From: Callorhinchus milii
Lineage: Eukaryota
Reading direction: 5' to 3'
Length of the DNA: 64,000 nucleotides
NCBI RefSeq assembly: GCF_018977255.1
Contig: NW_024704742.1
Coordinates: 5,148,001 to 5,212,000, forward strand
Shown here: positions 24,980 to 38,245 of the stretch, piece after piece
Layout of the letters: each line of letters opens with the position of its first letter
Numbering within the stretch: position 1 is the stretch's first letter
Notes under the pieces: model-generated
Seen by the model: only the letters and a program-made list of their open reading frames with translations
Database searches by the model: none
What the model was told of the DNA's origin: nothing
Program-made: the position numbers and the translations under genes

Positions 24980-25790
24980 ACGTGTGCGTCTCTCTCTCTC
25001 TCTCTCTCTCTAACTCTCAGTGTACTGTGTGTCTCTCTCTGTATCTCTCAGGGTGTGTGTGTGTTGTGTGTCTTTTCATCACTGTGTTTGTATCTGAGTA
25101 TGTGTTTATCACTGTGTGTGTGTGTGTGTCAGTGTTGTGCGTCCCTCTCTCTCTGTATCACTGTGCGTGTGTGTATCTCTGAGCATGTGTGTTGGGTGTG
25201 TCTCTGAGTGTGTGTCAGTGTGTATCTCTCTCTGTATCACTGTATTTGTGTGTGTGTGTATCTCGCTGAGTGTATGTCAGCGTGTGTCTCTCTGAGTATC
25301 ACTGTGTGTGTGTGTGTGTGTGTATATCTGAGTGTGTGTCTCTCTGTGTATCAGTGTGTGTGTGTGTGTGTATCTCTGAGTGTGTGTCATCGTGTGTCTC
25401 TCTGTGTATCACTGTGTGTATGTGTGTGTGTATCTCTCCCAAGTGTGTGTCATCGTGTGTCTCTCTGTGTATCACTGTGTGTGTGTGTGTATCTCTGAGT
25501 GTGTGTATCAATGTGTGTGTGTGTGTATCTCTGAGTGTGTGTGTGTGTGTATCTCTCCCAAGTGTGTGTCAGCGTGTGTCTCTCTGTGTATCACTGTGTG
25601 TGTGTGTATCTCTGAGTGTGTGTATCTGAGTGTGTGTGTGTGTGTATCTCTCCGAGTGTGTGATAGATAGCGTGTGTCTCTCTGTGCATCACTGTGTGTG
25701 TGTGTGTGTGTGTGTGTCTGAGTGTGTGTCAGCCTCTCCCTGTGTATCACTGTGTTGTATGTGTCTCTGTATCAGTGTGTGTGTATCTGA
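24980..25790. repeat. Compound (TG)n/(TC)n minisatellite with TATCTCTGAG and TATCACTG spacers
   Basis: Repeated GTGTGTATCTCTGAGTGTGTGTC...TCTCTGTGTATCACTGTGTG units. Confidence 0.95.
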
Positions 25791-25975
25791 GGCTCGCGCT
25801 CATTCACGGGAAACATTCCACGGCCACGACTCCGGTCTCACCGTAGCCAATCAGCGGCCGTTCTCCGCCACAGCCCCCCGCACCCCCCCACGCTGTAACT
25901 CGTAGGTAGGAAAGGGGGGCGGAGGGCGGAGCCTGTCTCCAGGTGTGGCCGCGCCCCCTGTGCACACCTCCGGCC
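25790..25975 (+). promoter_or_regulatory. CpG-rich promoter/enhancer-like module (CCAAT box plus two GC boxes)
   Basis: AGCCAATCAG at 25845-25854; GGGGCGGAGGGCGGAGC at 25916-25932; ACATTCCA at 25813-25820; high CpG density. Confidence 0.5.
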
Positions 25976-26829
25976 CTTTATTTATTACAGTCACTTTTTA
26001 CTAACCTGTTAAGCACCGAAAATCACTCATTTCCCACCGAAAATCCTTAGTTTTCAGACCGAAACCCCCCCCCCCCCCCCCCCCCACAGCGTCTGACGGA
26101 AAATAAGCGCGAGTCGACAAGGAATCTCACTCCTTGAAGATTTTTGCAACTTTCAAGTGTTTTATTTCTCCGAAAAGGTTTGCAAATGGACAGGGTGTGA
26201 TCTGGGTCCAGGGGTGGGTGATAATGTGTTAGTTTCCAGTTGGCATTTATTGCTTCCTGTGATTAAGCATGACTGTTGCTGGAGGATTTGAAAGAATCTT
26301 AACCCTTACACTTTAAAATTAATGATTAATGTACTGCAGTTTGGATTGGTAACAAAGGATGCAGTCTCTTCCTGGATCGGGATTCTTTTTTCGCAAACCT
26401 TTTTTTGGCATTCGGGTTCAACTTTCAGCCCCTGTTATCGTTACAACTTAGATTTAAACAGCAGTAGGATAATATGTCGGGAGTGATTCACCAGGCGGGG
26501 CGCGGAGGTGGAGAGGAGAGCATAGGCATGGCGTAAGAGGTAGGTTTTAAGGTGGGATATAAAACCTCCGGAGTATAGGGATACAGGGAGTTAGAATATG
26601 AAAGCTTGGCCGCAGTTGGTGGAGCGGATAGGTCAACAAGTCCAAACTAGCTGAGTGGGGAGGGCAAGCAGAGGAGTGGGTGGGGTAGGAATAGATCGGA
26701 GAGATAAGTTCTGTAGCTTAGCGGTTAGAGCGCTTGCCTCTCGAGAGGTCCTGGGTTGGATTCCCATTAGGGCGAAACGTTGGGCAAGTTTCCTTCCTCC
26801 ACACCTGTGTTTCTTCTAGGCGTCCGATT

Positions 26830-27460
26830 CGTTCCTCAGCTGTCCTTCCTACCCCACATACGGTCCCTGACTTTCCTTCACCTCTATCACGTTGCCTGCC
26901 TCCGACCATACCTCACACCCGATGCAGCCGAACCTCTTGTCAATGCATTCGTCACCTCCCACCTCGATTATTCCAGCTAATTCAGAACTCCACCGCCCGC
27001 GTCCTCATCCGCATAAAACTCCGCACCCCATCATACCAGTCCTTGCCAAGGCTCCACTGGCTCCCGATTACAGAATGGTTCAATTTGAAGATCCACATAG
27101 TCGTGTGTAAATCACGTCGTGTCCTGGCAACTCCCTACCTCTCCGACTTGTTCACTCCCCGCTCGACTACCCGCCAGCTTTGCTCAGCTCCTCCTGCACG
27201 TCCGTTGTCCCCCCTCCGCTCTACCATCGGCTGCCGTGCTTTCAGCCACTGTGCCCCGAAACTACAGAACTCTCTGCCTCAATCCCTTTGTCTTTACCCC
27301 CTCCTTCAGATCACGCTTGAAAGACCTTCCTCTTCGAGCACGCCTACAGTCACCCGCCCCGCTCTCTCTGGCTCTGAGTCAAATTCCGCCACTCTTAAGC
27401 GCTCTGAGATGCTACCCTATGTGAAGGGCATTATACAAATGCAAGTTGTTGTTGTTGTTG
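26830..27460 (+). mobile_element. L2 LINE 3' fragment (type B tail)
   Basis: Encodes PYLTPDAAEPLVNAFVTSHLDYS, QLIQNSTARVL, LHWLPI, TIGCRAFSHCAPKLQNSLP; (GTT)n tail. Confidence 0.92.
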
Positions 27461-27570
27461 TAAGTACACACAGCCTGGTTGTGTACCCCACGTTGGGACT
27501 TGAACTCGCAATGCAGTACTTGGGGGTGCTGTTCTTTGAATGAGAAGCTAAACTATCAGTGTGTTCAGGT

Positions 27571-27785
27571 AATAATAATGATAATAATAATCCTCGCATT
27601 TGATATAGCGCTTTTCACGTCGGGAGGATGTCCCAAAGCGCTTCACAGAACACACTGTAAAGTAATTGACTGTATATTTGTGGGCGAACGCGGCAGCCAA
27701 TTGCGCAATGTCCCACAAACAGTCGTAGATTGAAAATGACCAATTTATTATTGTTTTTGGTTTTGGAGGGATTATTATTAGGCTC
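27571..27785 (-). mobile_element. Young tRNA-headed SINE, 5'-truncated
   Basis: 3' two-thirds of the young consensus with (TTA)n tail. Confidence 0.9.
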
Positions 27786-29239
27786 ATTAAAGATCTCATT
27801 AGAGATGGACAGGAAAGATCCCATGGCACTATTTAGAAAGAGAAGGAGTTTCTCCCGGTGTCATGGCTAACTAAACTCCAGTTTAATTGATCATTCACCT
27901 TATGGATTTTTGTGCGATGACAATGATTGCAAACAATAGTCACTAAATAATTGCGCTCTGGAGTATTGTGTTGTAATAGGTGCTATAAAATGTCACTCCT
28001 TTATAATAATCATTAATACTAACATTTATTTAGCTAAAGGTACAAAAGCACCCTGTTTTTAGCACTAATAATAATCCTTATAATCCTTGCATTTCATATA
28101 AGCGCCTTAGCACGTCTTCGAGACGTCTCAAAGCACTTCATAGAATATACTGTAAAGTGAATCGACTGTATATCATATGGGTGAAAACACGGACATTAAG
28201 GATTGGTGCGATACAAAGAGTAATAATAACAATAATAAGCCTTGCATTTGATATAGTGCTTTTCAAGTCCTCTAGAGTCTCAAAGCTCTTCACAGAATAG
28301 ACTGTAAAGTGAATTGACTGTATATTTGTGGGCAAAACCCGGCACAAATACACTCTCGGTACACTCAGTACACTCTCAGTTCTCAGCAACTTCATCTCCT
28401 CCTGCTCTGCAACCCTAAACTAAGCCCAGTGTGTGATCTGTGATTGGTGTTGTACTGTACCCCAAGGGAAGCAACAACAACAACCACAAAATTACATTTA
28501 TAGAGCACCTTTCACGTCGGGAGAACGTCCCAAGGCGCTGGACAGTCAGGGGTCAGGTATTGGATTGACCCTTAAAGTATTGGATTGCAATGAATAATTT
28601 TAGCAAAAAAGCCATCAAATGTTTATAGGTCATCACTTGCTAGCCACTGATTAGATTAAATTAGGTAGGAGATTCTTTCATCTGTGCTTTGTTCACGTTC
28701 AAGTACTACGAAGCTAGTCATATCCTCAGTGAAAATCTTTTCAATAGGCACAAGCCACTGGAGTTGCCTGTGTATAAATAGATTTTACTTCTGGCGGACC
28801 ATTAATACTGTACGGCAAAGCAACAGTAAGGATGCCAGCAACTGAAACGTGTGGAAGAATGATGGCAATTGCATTCAGAATGACTTCATTGTATTCTGTA
28901 CAGGTGTTTCACTGTATTTAGACATCCAGAGTGATCTATCGCCATGTTTGGTGGGACATCTTCCATAACGTGGATGGAGTGACGAGGGAGTTATCGTTAT
29001 CAGACTTTGTTGCACTCAACTCATCTACAACAGGACATCAAAGTTAATTGTACGGAAAAAAAGCCACAGGTGGGGTACCAGGACGTTGTGAACACTCTGT
29101 CGATAATGGGAGAGTCATTACTTGTGGAATATACACACATCACGTTGTTTTTAAACAGTCAGTTCAGGTTTACTCCACAATAACAATAACAGATATTAAG
29201 TAAATATTTAAATATTATTAAATAAATATTGCCCCCCCC

Positions 29240-30546
29240 TCACCTCACAAACTGCCTCATACTCCCGTATATCCCCCTGGAACACCAGCCACTCCGTTCC
29301 CTCAAGGCACACGTGCGACCTGCCGAACGCGCCTGGACCAATTCCAAACTAACGGTCCATCGGCAAATCTGGCTTCACCACACCAAGATCTACCACTGCA
29401 CTCTCGCCTCCGCCAAATCCTCCTTCTACTCCAAGGTTATCTTAGAGGCAAAGGACAACCCCCGGCTTCTCTTTTCCACCACAAACCATCTCCTCCGTCC
29501 ATCTTCCCATCCCTCGCTCATCCTCTCCTCAAACTCCAACTGTGAGGAGATGCTGGACTTTCTAAAATCGAGGGGATACGTTCAGCCCCGTCCACAGCCA
29601 CCCCCACATCACCTCTCCCTCATGACCCAACCCCCTACCCATCCCCCCCTATACTCCTTCGACCCTATCTCACCCTCCTCCCTCACCACGACTGTCCGCA
29701 AACTCAAGTCCACCACCTGCTCCCTCGATCCCATCCCCACCTCTCTCCTCATCTCCCATCTCCACCTTCTGGCCTCTCTCCTGTCTGACATCATCAACCT
29801 CTCTTGTCAACTGGTTCAGTTCCCATCCCCTTAAAAACAGCGGTCATCACCCCCATCCTGAAAAACCTTCCTTGGACCCATGCCTACTCTCCAGCTACCG
29901 GCCCATCTCTAACCTCCCATTCCTCTCCAAGGTCCTGGAACGAGTTGTCGCGTCCCAGCTCCGCTGCTTTCTCTCTCGCCATTCCCCTGCTTGTCAGCCT
30001 TCCCAACTCCTCCCTCCACAGGCTGCAGATAATCCAGAGCTCTGCAGCCCGTGTCCTCTCCCGCACCAAACTCCGTGATCCCATCTCTCCCACTCTCGCC
30101 CGACTCCACTGGCTCCCTATCCTTCAGAGGATCCAGTTCAAGATCCTGGTCCTCACCTACAAAGCCCTCCATGGCCTCGCCCCACCCTACCTCTGTGACC
30201 TCCTAACCCCCTACCAACTCGCCCGCTCCCTCCGCTCAGCCGGCTCTGACCTGCTCCACGTCCCCCGACCCACCCGCCCCACCATTGGCGGGAGAGCCTT
30301 CAGCCACTCTTACCCCAACCTCTGGAACTCCATCCCCCAATCACTCCGCCTCACCCCCTCCTTAGCCTCCTTCAAGTCCTGCCTTAAAACCCTCCTCTTC
30401 GCCCATACCATCGGTCAACCCCCTTCCCCTCCCCTCCCTTCTCCCCCCCTGACCCCAGCTTGGGTCTGAAATGCTGTACTCTGTCCAGCGCCTTGGGACG
30501 TCCTCCTGACGTGAAAGACACGATACAAATGTAATCTTGTTGTTGT
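29240..30546 (+). mobile_element. L2 LINE ORF2 remnant (frameshifted, RT core missing), type A tail
   Basis: Encodes AKSSFYSKVI..NPRLLFST, STTCSLDPIPTSLL, KTAVITPILK, SYRPISNLPFLSKVLERVVASQL, then directly RLQIIQSSAARVL, LHWLPI..IQFKIL, FKSCLKTLLF; (TTG)n tail. Confidence 0.95.
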
Positions 30547-33500
30547 TAAAAAGCACCACACTGACCAATTATAAACTGTGCGGTTTGGTGATTTCCTGGA
30601 TACCGAATAGACTGCTGTCATTCAGTGTCGCTGATACTGTATTTTGATGCATATAATTCAAATGATGATATTTCCCTCTTATGAGTAGGTTCTGTTTGTC
30701 ATTACAGCTCAAGCCATAATAAGTTGCCATAATGGATGTGACCACTGCTGAATAACTGAAATTTGGAGGCTTATTAACTCCATTCATGAGGGATCATTAT
30801 CCATTATCTACAGATTGATCCTGAAGAGGAGAAAAATTAGGTGTAAACCCTTGAAAGAATTGGTTATAATGTAGAGCTGTCCTATTGACTGTCTCTGACA
30901 GTTTCAGTGTAAAGATAAAGTATGTTTTATTTGCACCAGATCTTAATAATAATAATACATGAGTGATAATAATACATGAATAATAATAATAATAACGCAT
31001 GGATTTTATACAGTGCCGAAAATGTCTCGAAGCACCTCACAAAGTGTCTGTGTAGTGACTAGGTAATCATATATATTGTCACTTATGACATTTTCAACTG
31101 GTAATTTTGCATTTTTTATAATATACTTAGTTTTGCCTATATTACAAATATCTAGAAATTGACAATTTATCAGTGTCATGGAATTAGTTCTAGTTTTGTC
31201 TTGTGCTTCATTCGGTATAACACACTTAGTCAACAAAGCGGAAGATTGTGGTGTCTCCACTTTTGGAGATGTCTTCAGTTTCTACTTCTGATTATACACA
31301 AGGGTGCATTGGTCAACCTTTTGAGCAGGAACTGGTAGGTCAGTTACTAGCAGACAGGAGAGGAAGAAACAAATGGGTAGGAAGAGAGATGGGGAAGTGC
31401 CAGGAGGAAGGCAGTAAATGGTTAGGAAGAGAGATGGGGAGGTGAACAGAAGACAGGAACTGAGTCGTGGTAGAAGGTGAATCAGTAAGGCAGATAGTTA
31501 AGATTTCAGTGAATTCACTCCATGTGTTTGCTTCGGACAAAATTATATTGAGGATATCATAATCCGGGTCTTTAAAACGCTGGAAGTTATGGATAACATA
31601 AATCTGAGTAAAGTGTCCCAAATACAAAGTAATAATGAGTGCAAAGGGTTAATCATAAATCCTAGTTTCTGTAACAAGATAGTGTGGGATTTGCTGATAA
31701 GCGATCTCACTGTTTAATACCTTGAACATCTGAGATTTGGGATGTATGTCTCATTTGCAATGAAGCATTGACAGGAAGGTTTAAATAAAATGTAATGCTT
31801 GTATAATCTGGCATCAATCCTTATCATTAGATGGAAGTTAGATTGAAATCTCGCATTTTAACGAACTATCAGGATATTGATGAACATACAACGGTTGGGG
31901 GTCAGTAAAGTGTCCACATATCAAAGAGGCATCAACAAGTATTTGTTTCTAGCTTTGTTATTTGATCGCTCTGTCCGTTAGCAAACTCATTTTGATTTAC
32001 GACTGTGTCAGACTGTTATACCTCCATCTGTAATAGAGACCTTGATGTAGCTGGAGACTTTGAGTTAACATATTAATTGTTAAAGGCCATGTTCTTTAGT
32101 TCCTGTAAAAGGCATCGTGCTTGAAAAGACACGTTATCCAAAATAGGAGCGCAGTTCAAACTAATAAGTGTCATGTTCTGCTTTTGGGAATTTAGGTACC
32201 GTCTTCACATCAAAAAAAATTTGACCTGTAATAACTGGCAGCAAAGTTGGGATAAGTATTACGAGCAAGACAAGCAATTTATAAAAAAAATCTAAATAAT
32301 TTTGTTTAAACATCGAATTAATAGCAGGAGCAAACTAGCGGAAGAAAATCCAGCACCGGTGAGGAAGAAAAAAGCCTTCAGACTGGAGGAGACGAGAACT
32401 GAGATGGAAGAGGAGTCAAGGTGACTGTGATGAGGTGGAAGAGAATCGCCGAAAGCAATGTGTCGGATGGACACAGATGGGAAAGGAAACAAAAGGCAAT
32501 AAAAAGTGCAGTTGCTGGAAGTCTGAAATAAAGAGAGAAGTCGTTGGGAGCACTCAGCGGATCAGGCAGCATCTACAGAGAGAGAAAAGATCTCTGAGGA
32601 AGCTCTTCGGACACAATCTCACGCATAAGCATTATTATTTGCCTACAAAGTACCCTGTGAAGTGTTTTGAGACATCCTCCCAATATGAAAGGTACAATAT
32701 CAAATGCAAGGACTCTTCTTCAGGGTGAATAAAAAGTTTGGGTTTGGGATTTTCTACTAATGAGTGATATCCGAGGATTGTTGGATGGGTGGGGGGGGGT
32801 GGTGGGGGGGTGGGCAGTGGTAAGTGCTAATTTTTGGGAATCACCGTACCTTATCAATGGGTTGAAATGGCCTAATCTTGTTCCTGTTTATTGTAGTCGG
32901 ATAAAACTGATGGCCACTGAGCTGGGAGCTGCTGCGCTTGGACTATTATTATACAAATCAAGGGGTTGGGGTAGGTTGACCTTGTTGTTCAAGGTAATAA
33001 TAAATAATAATCATAATCCTTGCATTTGATACAGTGCTTTTCACATCTTCTAGACCTCTCAAAGCGCTTCACAGATTATACTGTGAAGGTAGTTGGAGTT
33101 TCACCCTTCAGTGGGCTCCTGCAGTTACTATACCAACCATCTGGTTGTTACACCAACAACAAGATTACATTTGTAGAGCGCCTTTCACGTCGGGAGGACA
33201 TCCCAAGGCTCTGTTACGGACTAGAATAAAAATACTACTTTGTTTTCCTGCGGTGCTGACTATAGTGCTGTGTAAGACGGAGGGTTTATTCCACTGCTGA
33301 TATTCTCCCTTTAGTTTACAAGTATAACTTTACTGATGTGAGCCCCATGTTGATTGCCCGTAAAAAAGAGGAGCAAAAATAATCCCATGTGCCTTCTACG
33401 CCAGTGTAACCAGAGCTATAGATCTGTTCGGCTCTAGCAAGAGTCATTTTATAGGCTAGGGATTATGTGTCGTCTACATACTGTACATATACCATAAAGA

Positions 33501-35337
33501 TTTATGGATTATAGGATTACACAAGGTCTATACCGGTGTAAAATATATTGGACATCACAGAGAAAACGCTGACAGCACTTTTGGTTGAAAGTTTTATCTG
33601 TCCACCTTAAACAAAGGATGAATAGATGTAAATAATCCTCGCCATGGACCTGATTAACATTTCATCAGTGCAAACGCAACAGAGCTATTAAACTGTCCAA
33701 TGGCAGATTGTGACTGTGATGTACAATTAGTGTTTGCAAGTAAACTTTTTGGTGTTAATAATTTTTACTGCTTCGTTCTTGTTGATTTATTTCTCTTCTG
33801 CGCCTCTCTCAATCTTACACAGAGCTCCCGGAATCACACAATGGCTACCGGAAAAATAGTAATAAAGGCTGTGGGCTGAGCCACACGAAACAGAAGATTT
33901 TGCTCCTGACCTGACCTGGCAGTAGGTACGTAGGTAGCGATCAGTCGAGGACACCAACGTGAAACTTTCCATAAACGTGCGATACAAACAATACAGCACT
34001 GCTGGTCGCCAGTACCACTGACAGTTCCTAGTGAAGGAGGAGGAGGAGGAGGTGTCCAGGGACTGCATTCACTTAACTTGCATCTAAAAACAAGTCGGGC
34101 TCCAGGGTTTTACTGATGGTTGACCTGCAATGGCAGGAGTGCAATTACTGGCAGACCCACAATGTAAACCCAGCATAATACAGTCTAGATTGACACTCCA
34201 GTGAAAAGGACTGGTTGTAAATGACATAATGAATGGCATCTGCACTTCCGTCCCGACACACACATTTGCCCAAGCGCTATGGCATGCTGCCCCGCGTGAG
34301 GGGCACTGTGTAAATGCAAGTTGTTGTTGCTGTTTGCACCTGGCACCTAACACAATGCATTGATTCACACAAGGTGCAGAATAGATCCCCGTGTCCCAAT
34401 TGTATTGCAATAACAAAACAATTCCTGAAATGACTATGATCTTGGTCTGTTTTTGTTTTAGTCTGGACATCTGAACGCACGAGGTACAACCTTGAAACCC
34501 AGGCAGTCCCAGAGCATGGAATTCACCGGTTGTGTTGGTAGATTACAAGGCACACTTTATCCCAGTTCTATATAATTTAAATTTGAAACAAATGCACACC
34601 CTTTGATAAATTAGGTTAATAAGTTGCTTTATAGCTTCGAAATAGACAGTGCTTGGGTCTAATTTGCAGTATTTAATTAAATGGTATTCCTTAAGCAGGA
34701 ATCAGTATTGCGAGCATTCTATGCTTCCCTGATTCTTAAAAGCGATTTTTTTCCCTGCAACAGGAAAATTGCTGTAATAGAATTATGCCAAATCACCTCA
34801 AATTGGATCCCAGTGCATCCAGAATCAGCGTGTAAGCTTGCTAAGAAAATGGGTAGAAACAGCCCACCCAGAACAAACGGATGACTGTATTGCGCTTTAA
34901 ACAGGTTCTTACATATGTAAAGTGACAACAAATAAACAAGTCCCATAAAACAGCCATGAGGTGAATGATTAAATAATCTGGAGGATTGTCGACCAGCACG
35001 TTGATAGAAACTCTCTTTGATTTCTAAAAAGGTGTCCAGGGATTCCAAAAATTAATTTCGGGGCAGGTCAGTTTAATGTCTCATCTGAAAGACGGCACCT
35101 CCAGCAATAGGCCACTCACCCACAAAGTATAATTAGTTAATCATTTTCATTGGTTATTGATGCCACAATTACAGAGGCTTGCGGTGCCTGTGTACACATG
35201 GTGGCTGATACACACACTTAGATATGGTGGTTTAAAGGTGCGGCATATCAAAGTAGTTGAAATATACAATTCGAAACCGCAGTGTTTAAAATTATGCAAT
35301 TTTTTAAATAACAACGAATTGCTTTGAAAACCTCCTG

Positions 35338-35640
35338 GAGCTCTCGCCTCGCAAGCGAGAGACCTGGATTCGATTCCCGGGCAGGGCGAAACACTGGGCA
35401 AGTTTCCTTCCTCCACACACCTCTGTTTACCGAGCAGTAAGGAGGAACCTGGCTAGTCGTCGATTGGTTGAGCACTTTTCCTGGGGTAATAATCTCCTTA
35501 AAAAAAAATCCTTGCATTTGATATAGGGCCTTTTCACGCCTTCTAGACGCCTCTGAGCGCTTCACAGAATATACTGCAAAGTGATTTGACTGTATATTTT
35601 GCGGGGGGGTGAAACGTGGCAGCCAATTGCACACAACGAT
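35338..35640. mobile_element. SINE 5' half (+, 35338-35500) fused to SINE 3' half (-, 35505-35640)
   Basis: Head and internal segment on +, followed after an A-run by the reverse-complemented tail and core. Confidence 0.8.
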
Positions 35641-36684
35641 TTGGAGCACGTGTTCCTTTTTGGCTCTGACCTGGGGTGCAATGCCTTTGCTTTGCTTCCT
35701 CGAGAGAGAGAGAGAGAGAGAGAGAGGAGGAGACGGGTTAGTTAACATTTAAAAATCTGTTCGGAGGGAATGACCTCCATTCATAGTGTGCCCACCTGCT
35801 GTGATTCTGCTGCCAATTCACAATGAATGAAAAAGCGAGAGTGTTCCAGAGCTGCTAATGCTGTACTAAACTTGGAGCTCAGCCTTCCCGAATGAAAGAG
35901 ACATGATCTCTGTCAAGTGAGGCAGAACGATGAGACTGAAGCATAAGAGGTTTTCTTGCTTGGTTCATGAATTTTGCCAATGAGCTAATTGCTCATGTTT
36001 TTGAAAGGAACAAATCAAAACTCCTAAGAGTCGCAGGCTCATATGTCCCACCGCGATCCTTTGGGGATTTGCGGATCTCTCTGAGGGAGAGGGAGAGAGA
36101 GAGAGAGAGAGAGGCAGAGTTTATCGGTCCCAGAACAGTGCAAACAATCCCAAGTATTTGTACTGCGCAAAAATAGAAACCTAGAGGTGAAATAAAAGAT
36201 ACATCTGGAACTATGTGTGGGGAACCTGTAACTGCGGAGGTTGTCTGATTCGGAAAACGGAAACACAAAAAGGGTGTAAGCGGTCAGGATGAGGTGCCCT
36301 TCCAATTCACCTCGTTTATTATGGCAAGCACATGAATTGTGAATTAATAAGGTAATAAAAACAACTTGCATTGGTAGAGAGCCCTTCACCTAGGATGAGT
36401 TCTTGCAGCGCTTAGCAATGAAGGGTCAGACACCAAGCGAGTGAGGTAGCTTTGTGGGTTCGCTCTTTTTTTTTAAGTCTTGAAATCGAGCCAGTGAAGC
36501 CAGACTGGATGTGACCTTGCCCATACTGAAGGATCAATGATTGTAATTACAGCTCATTCGAAGAAGTGATGTACGGTGGGTTACTGGGAAATAATATGGT
36601 CAGTGTTCGTCTGAACAAGTTAATGCACGGACCAAAAAATCTTTGCTCACCCACGCTGCTTTATTTGTCACCCTGGCCTCAGTG

Positions 36685-37450
36685 TCCTTGGGCTGCATCA
36701 AGAAAGATTTGCTAGTTAGCTTGCATCTGATCGCTGCTTAGCGACCAATATAGTGCTCTGGACTGGCCAAATCTAGAGTACTGCACGTAGTTCTCGTCAC
36801 CAGAACTGCCCAGATCCCAGATGTAGTCCAGAAGAGAGCAACAAGTCAGAGGAATGAGCTATGAGCAATGCTAATAATAATAATAGTAATCCTTGCATTT
36901 GATGTAGCGCCTTATCATATCTTCTAGACGTCTCAAAGCGCTTCGCAGAATATACCGTAAAGAGAATTGATTATTCAAGTGACGGCCTTCCAGTCGTAGT
37001 AGGAGAAGTTTCAGTGGGGACCTTATTCAGGTATATAACATTTTAAATGGGATTGCAAAAGTAAACCCAGAATAATACTTTGGAGCAGCAGTGGCCAATC
37101 TTTTTGGTTGCCTTACAAAATAAATGTTTTTTTGATGCAATATATCTTGATTTACGGCATAAATCTATGCTATTTGGCTATTTCTATGATTATTTTGCCG
37201 TTTTTGGTGAATATTGTAAAGCAGCGCTGGCCAGAAAGAGAATCTTGTGTAGATTTCCACCGAGGACAGTCACCAGGGAGCATTTCCTTATCCAGAGGTT
37301 AATTAACAACTGGTACAGGTTGCCTGGAAGGATGATTGAGAGAAGGACACTGGACTCATTTTAAAAAAAAATAGACTTGATGCTGTGATGGGAAGACGGT
37401 TGGGTGGGTTTTCCGAAAGGATTAAATCAAATGGTCTGACTTCTTCTGAA
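36685..37450 (+). mobile_element. Highly degraded CR1 LINE interrupted by an antisense SINE tail (36873-36975)
   Basis: CTAGAGTACTGCACGTAGTTCTCGTCACC (LEYCxQFWSP-like), GTCCAGAAGAGAGCAACAAG (VQRRATK), TTATCCAGAGGTTAATTAACAACTGG (FxQRxxNxW). Confidence 0.65.
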
Positions 37451-38245
37451 CTAATCCCGTGGCCTTGTGAGTCCTGATAGAGATTGCGAATGTGAGTGTT
37501 GGATGAAGATAAACTTGAGGTTCCCATTAGTCAAAGCCCAGCTAGTACACATGGCTCATGTTCAGGATAGAGAGCCGAACTGCTTCTCAATATGCCTCAA
37601 CCCGGCAGCCTGTCATTTGGTCTTTGACCCCGGGCATTGCACTCACAGCCACGCTGCTCACGTGCATCGGTCTGTGACTGTACAGTCACAATCTAATTAC
37701 AGGACTCACAGTGAGGGACGCTTACAGTGGCCAGAGACAGAACCCAGACTCGACACGGACTCCCCCTGCTCCCACACACACACTCAGCCCCCCCCCCCCC
37801 TCATTCGACCCTCATACAACTCAGCTTCCACTCCCCCAGACTCATCCCCTCTCTCTCCCCCTCCAGCTCTCATACAGACTCAGCCACACCCGCAACTACC
37901 CCCCTACCCCGCCACCCCAGTTCTCAGATATTTAGCCTCCCATCCGGGCTCTCACACGCACATTCAGTCCCCCTCCCCCTCAGACTCTCCCACAGACTTG
38001 TTTACTGTCTAAGCTGTTGTTATTTTCAATACCTCAATCAAATCACTTCTTTAACCTTCTGTTCTGAGGACTATAAACCCAGTCTGCCCGGCCTCTCATC
38101 ATAGCTCAGCCCTTTGCCCAGGTGTTGATCTAATAAATCATTGCCGGAGTCCTTTGAAGGCTAGTACTGTATATCCTTTCTAAGATTGAGTGCCCAAAAC
38201 TGAACACAGTACTCCGATGAGATCTGGCCAACGTCCATATATCAG

